From Amoebidium appalachense (Eukaryota; Protista; Ichthyosporea), in contig CAVNZM010000008.1 of the NCBI GenBank assembly GCA_963693365.1, positions 4,736,310 to 4,800,309 of the forward strand: a stretch of DNA of 64,000 nucleotides. The letters run 5' to 3'. A program made the position numbers and the translations under genes. This document shows, in pieces, positions 57,592-64,000 of this stretch (positions are counted from its first letter, which is position 1; every line of letters starts with the position of its first letter). The notes under the pieces were generated by a model, which was given only the letters and a program-made list of their open reading frames with translations, was not told where the DNA came from and ran no database searches.

Positions 57592-58583
57592 TCCCCCCCC
57601 CCCCCCCCCCCATGCCCCCTGCTCCCCTCCCCCCCTCCCCCCTCCCCCCCTCCCCTCTCTCTCTAGATCTCCCCCCCCCCCCCCCCCCCCCGCCCTCCTC
57701 TCTCTCTCTCTGTCTCTGCCACGGTGTGTATGTGTCTCCATGGGTGTGCACTGTGTGCTTGTGTGTGTTCATGTGTGTGTGTGTGTAGGTGTGTGTGTGT
57801 GTTCATGTGTGTGTGTGCGTGTGTGTGCGTATGTGTGTGTGTGCACCTATCCCAGATTCACAAATACCCCTAGCCACGAAACCCCGATATCTCGGTCGAA
57901 GGTGTACTACAGAGCTGAAAAAAACAGCATTACATGAATAGAAAGCACACCACAAAACCAAAATACTAGAGCTTTTATGGTTTAGCACAGATGATAATCA
58001 GGGTCTTCAAATTTCGGGTATGTAGGAGGGGGTTAGAGTGCAACACAGAGTGCCAAGTACTACATTCATGAAGGACAACATACGGCACACACATCAACAG
58101 TAGAGCCCATTCCCCGGGTATGTGGATGTGTGTGTGTGTGTGTGTGTGTGTGGTGGGGGGGGGGGGGGGGGGGGGGAGAAAGAGGGATGGGGGCAAGTCT
58201 TCCACAGAACGGGTGGGGGAAGGGGGGAGGGGGGAGGGGGGGCAGGTTCATGGCCATCTTGAAGGAATATCTCAAGTTCTTTACTTTCTGTTTTTACACA
58301 CAAGAGGAGCATACGTGGCCACAGGCGCACTCGGCGATGTATATCCAACAGAAATACAGGATATATCTGCACCACCGTGCCACTTGGGTGGAAGCCAGCA
58401 CAAGAAAAACAAACACAAAACCACCAATGTTTATGTCACTCGCACCGAAGTGTCCATTGAAAGTATCCATTCACACACACACAAAAAAAAAAAAAAAATC
58501 ACACATACACAGACCAACGTGCACTTGATCTTATTGGCAGCATTGACAACCGGCCAGTGTTTCTCTCTACCGGATGAAGATGA

Positions 58584-58686
58584 AAATATGGGTGAGAGAC
58601 TTCTCATTTTATTTTTATAATGCATTTTATGTTTAAATATGGGTGAGAGACTTCTCATTTTATTTTTATAATGCATTTTATGTTTA
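58584..58686. repeat. Perfect 51-bp tandem duplication
   Basis: aaatatgggtgagagacttctcattttatttttataatgcattttatgttt starts at 58584 and 58635. Confidence 0.95.
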
Positions 58687-59134
58687 TCATGCATTTTATT
58701 TGATTCGGGGGAGAAGGTTCTGATAAGAATGGATATACCGCACAGTCGTCACATACACAACGAGATAGTCACTTAGATAGCTTCACCCATATATATCCGA
58801 GAATCACGAAATACGGAAATTCCACTTGTTCTCTGAAACTTCATGTATAAACTCAGCTAAGGTTAAGGGGGGTCAAGAATCACTAAAAGTGCGAGAGATC
58901 AAACATTATTATAGATCTGAAAGCTACCATATTTCGAAGTCTGGGATGCAAACCTTGGTTCATTTTCTCAGGCTCCACGCAAATTACCACTTATGGACAT
59001 ATGTAAAATTGGGCTGTGGGGGAGCGTGACAGAACCCGTTCATATTCTTGTGAGGCTTTGTTGTTGTTGTGTGTGGGTGTGGGTGTGCACGCGCGCGTGT
59101 GGCCGTGAGCGTGTGGGTGTGCGCGCGCGCGCGC

Positions 59135-59200
<66 letters not shown>

Positions 59201-61638
59201 TGGTTAAAGTGGTGGTTGTGGTTGTGGTTGTGGTGGCTGCGGTGCTTTTCTTTTTTTTTTTTTTGTTTTTCTTTCTTTCTTCTTTTCTTTTTCTTTTTCC
59301 TTTTCTTTCCTTTCCTTTTTCTTTTTCTTTCTTTCTTTTTTTTTGTGGGGGGGAGGGGTCAGTTGTGTGTGTTGGGAAGCGGGGGGATGGGCAGGTGTGT
59401 GTGTTTAAAATGTTTTTTTTTTTTTTTTTTTTTGATCGTGTCTTTTAAAGGGGGTTTCGTTTAGGCCCATTAATTGTCCCCATTCCAGCACATCCGGGTC
59501 AAGCCATTTGCTCAGCATATAAATCATGATATGAACTGCAACCTTCTTCCTAACTCTTTATTAATGTTATTCCCTTCTTTCTTTCTTTCTTTTTCCTCTT
59601 TTCTTTTTCTCTTTAGTTGTATTATGGCGCATCTGAACCTTGCTGTGGGCAAAACGATGGTGCGCAGCTGATGCGCAGCACGCCGTTCAGATAGCTAGAA
59701 TTCCCTCTGACCCGACCCGGCTCGAAAGTCTAAAAGAAAACCCCTTTAACTTTTTGGGTCTCAAAGTCTTCGCTTCCATGTTTCCACCCGGTCCTTTAAT
59801 GCCCCCCCTCCTCCTCCCCCCCCCCCCCAAAAAAAAAAAAAAAAAAAAAAAAAAACAAAACAAACAAACCAGCCAATAAAACACAAACACCGGCCCATCC
59901 CCCGCTTCCCAAACACACACAACTGACCCCTCCCCCCCCCCCCCCCCCCCCCCTCTCCCCCCTCCCCCCCCCCCCCCAAAAAAACAATCACATCCGCATA
60001 AGATACTACTGGTACAGAGCCATGATCAGCCGGGGGGGAAGGTGTGAATGTGTGTGTGTGTGTGCGCGCGCGCGTGTATGTGTTGTGTGGTGGTGGTGGT
60101 GGTGGTGGTGGTGTGTGTGTGTGGGGGGGGGGGGGGGGGAGGGGGGGGAGGATATTTGCTTAACAGGGTGCAGCATCTGTAGCATATGTATTAGAAGGCA
60201 AAAAGAAAACACACAGCAGACACCAAAACACATGTGAGGCAGAGGACACTTAAATTCAGTGTATCTATTTTTGGGAGGCGGGAGACGACAGACAGGGAGA
60301 GGGAGAGGGAGAGTGAAGAAGGGAGGGGAGGAGCAAGAGGGAGAGGCCGAGGGAGAGAAGAAGGGGAGTGAGGGGGTCACGGTTTGGGTGTGAAGGTGGG
60401 AGGGGAAGGTGAGGAGGGGGACGTGGGGGGACTGTAGGGCAAGGGCAACGAGAGTGATGCAACCCCTTTAGCTTTGCACTCATAAATTGAAACCTTGCTA
60501 CACAGAGGGCATGAGAGAAATCTCCAACCTTACGTCAGTTGCAAACATCACCCGTGGGAAGCGAACAGACCAAAACAGGATCGGAGCTGCTGGTGCCAAT
60601 GACCGGGTTAAGGATGAAGAATGTAAACGTAAAAGGGCGGGATCTATGTGGTGCCAACGTAGTTAGGATAAGTCGAGTGTACGAGGTGATGCAGTGTTTT
60701 TGTAGATAGTGGTGGTGGTGTGGGTGTGGATGTGGGTGTGTGTGTTTAATGGAGCGGGGGGGGGGGGGGGGGGGAGGGGGGTGGGGGGGGAGGACGGACG
60801 GGTGGGGGTGGGTGGGTGGGTGGATGGGAGTGTGGGAACGAGAGTGGGTGGGTGGGAGGGACGGAGGAAGGGTGGGGGGAGGGGGGGGGGGGGAAGGTGC
60901 TGGCAGACAGAGCAGAATAAATGACACAAGGAAAAGATGCTGCTTATATGTAAGAATCTCCACGCACGTTTCTTGCTGTTGTTGGAGTTGTGGATGTGGA
61001 GATTTTGCGCTTGCAGGACGTGCTTTTTTCTGTCCGCAACAAAAGGGTCTCTGGTAAGGCAGCATAAAAGCTTAATACAGTAGGTGAATATTAGATCTCA
61101 CACCAGATTAAGATGATTTCCCTCTTACCCTCAGGGGATACTTGCAAAATTTGCATAGGTAGTTTTAGGACTTTTGTCTACCTTGCCTAAGAGCCGAAGC
61201 GGCTCACTTGCGCACTACATTAAACTTGCTGTACCCAACCTTCTAGCTCTTATTTTTCAAGGCTGACAAAACTTTCCTTCCGAAGCGACGTGATCACGCG
61301 CCAACTCATACCCTTATAGTTTATCATACGGCAGCTGCGGCCACAGTCGCACGTGGCAGGTACACAACGGTAAACAAAAATCTTTTTGAGTGTCACACAA
61401 TCAGTGGCAATAATTGCAAGGAATCGCCTTTAGATTCCGTTTAGAGCAACTATAGAACTATAGGCAGAGCTGGTAAAGGACAACATAATACTTATACCCA
61501 CAGGGGAACCTAGACATCACTGCAATCGTGGAAGGGTTTAAAGATTACCCCGCTCAGTTAACTGCAAAGTAGTTCAGGTCTCCTGGTTTGCTAAATACTT
61601 AAGTTTTGAGAAGCAAGTTATTCGCGTAAAACATTACC

Positions 61639-63314
<1,676 letters not shown>

Positions 63315-63919
63315 GTGTGCCCCTCCCCCCCCCCCCCCCCCCCCCCCCCAACACAAACACACAACCCATCCCCCCCCCCCCCCCCCCCCCCCCCTTCCCC
63401 CCCCCCCCAGCCCGCATGCCCACCTGCCCGCCCTCCCGTTCCGCTGGCATGGACAACCCACAAAACCAAACACGTTTATGTGATTTTCCAACTTTTGTTT
63501 TTGATTTTTTTTTTTTGGAACTAGTGTGAAAGGGAGGAGACAAGGGGGAGGGTGGGGCGGGGGAGGGTGTGTGTGGGGAGGGTGAGGGTATGTGTGAACT
63601 GCGGGGGGGGGGGGGGGGGGGGGGGGGGTGGAGGGTGTGTGCTGTACGCTGTACGGCTCATGTGCGACTGCAGGAATCGCAGCAGTGTGCACGAGCTGAA
63701 TTCTACATTTTATATCTCCGCCCCCCCCCCCCCCCCCCCCCTTCCCCTTCCCCCCCCCCCCCTCCCCCCCCCGCAAAAATAAATAAATAATTAATTAATT
63801 AAAATAAAAAGAACAAAAGAAGAAAAGAAGAAAATATCTCCTTGCCCACCGGCTTTAAATGTGTACTACGTACTGTTTACCACATCCACTCCCCCTCCCC
63901 CCTCCCTCCCCTCCCTCCC

Positions 63920-63973
<54 letters not shown>

Positions 63974-64000
63974 GGTTAACCCAAGTCGTTCCCGTCTGCC

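Overview
Eukaryotic, intron-dense genomic DNA whose introns are saturated with poly-C/poly-G runs and (CA)n/(CT)n microsatellites, so almost all entries in the six-frame ORF track are artefacts. The lineage cannot be determined from this window. Genes were rebuilt by hand from GT-AG exons with matching phases: (1) the 3' part of a soluble-adenylyl-cyclase-like / STAND-NTPase + TPR-like gene (+, 23 exons, 147-18322); (2) an intronless secreted Cys-rich repeat protein (23943-24632); (3) a probable decayed secreted-protein gene (about 26966-32054); (4) UPF3 (-) head-to-head with (5) BET3/TRAPPC3 (+); (6) an unrecognised 477-aa secreted Cys-rich protein (51791-56805); (7) the first two exons of LST8. 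Non-coding content includes a tRNA-Ile pseudogene, two MITEs and several minisatellites. The most striking signal is an intronic repeat family, tandem in the BET3 introns, that carries all hammerhead-ribozyme core motifs (GUU, CUGANGA, GAAA) with covarying stems. The three strands occur in an order that matches none of types I/II/III, which implies a pseudoknotted and probably inter-monomer ribozyme. All structures were paired by eye and nothing was searched against databases.
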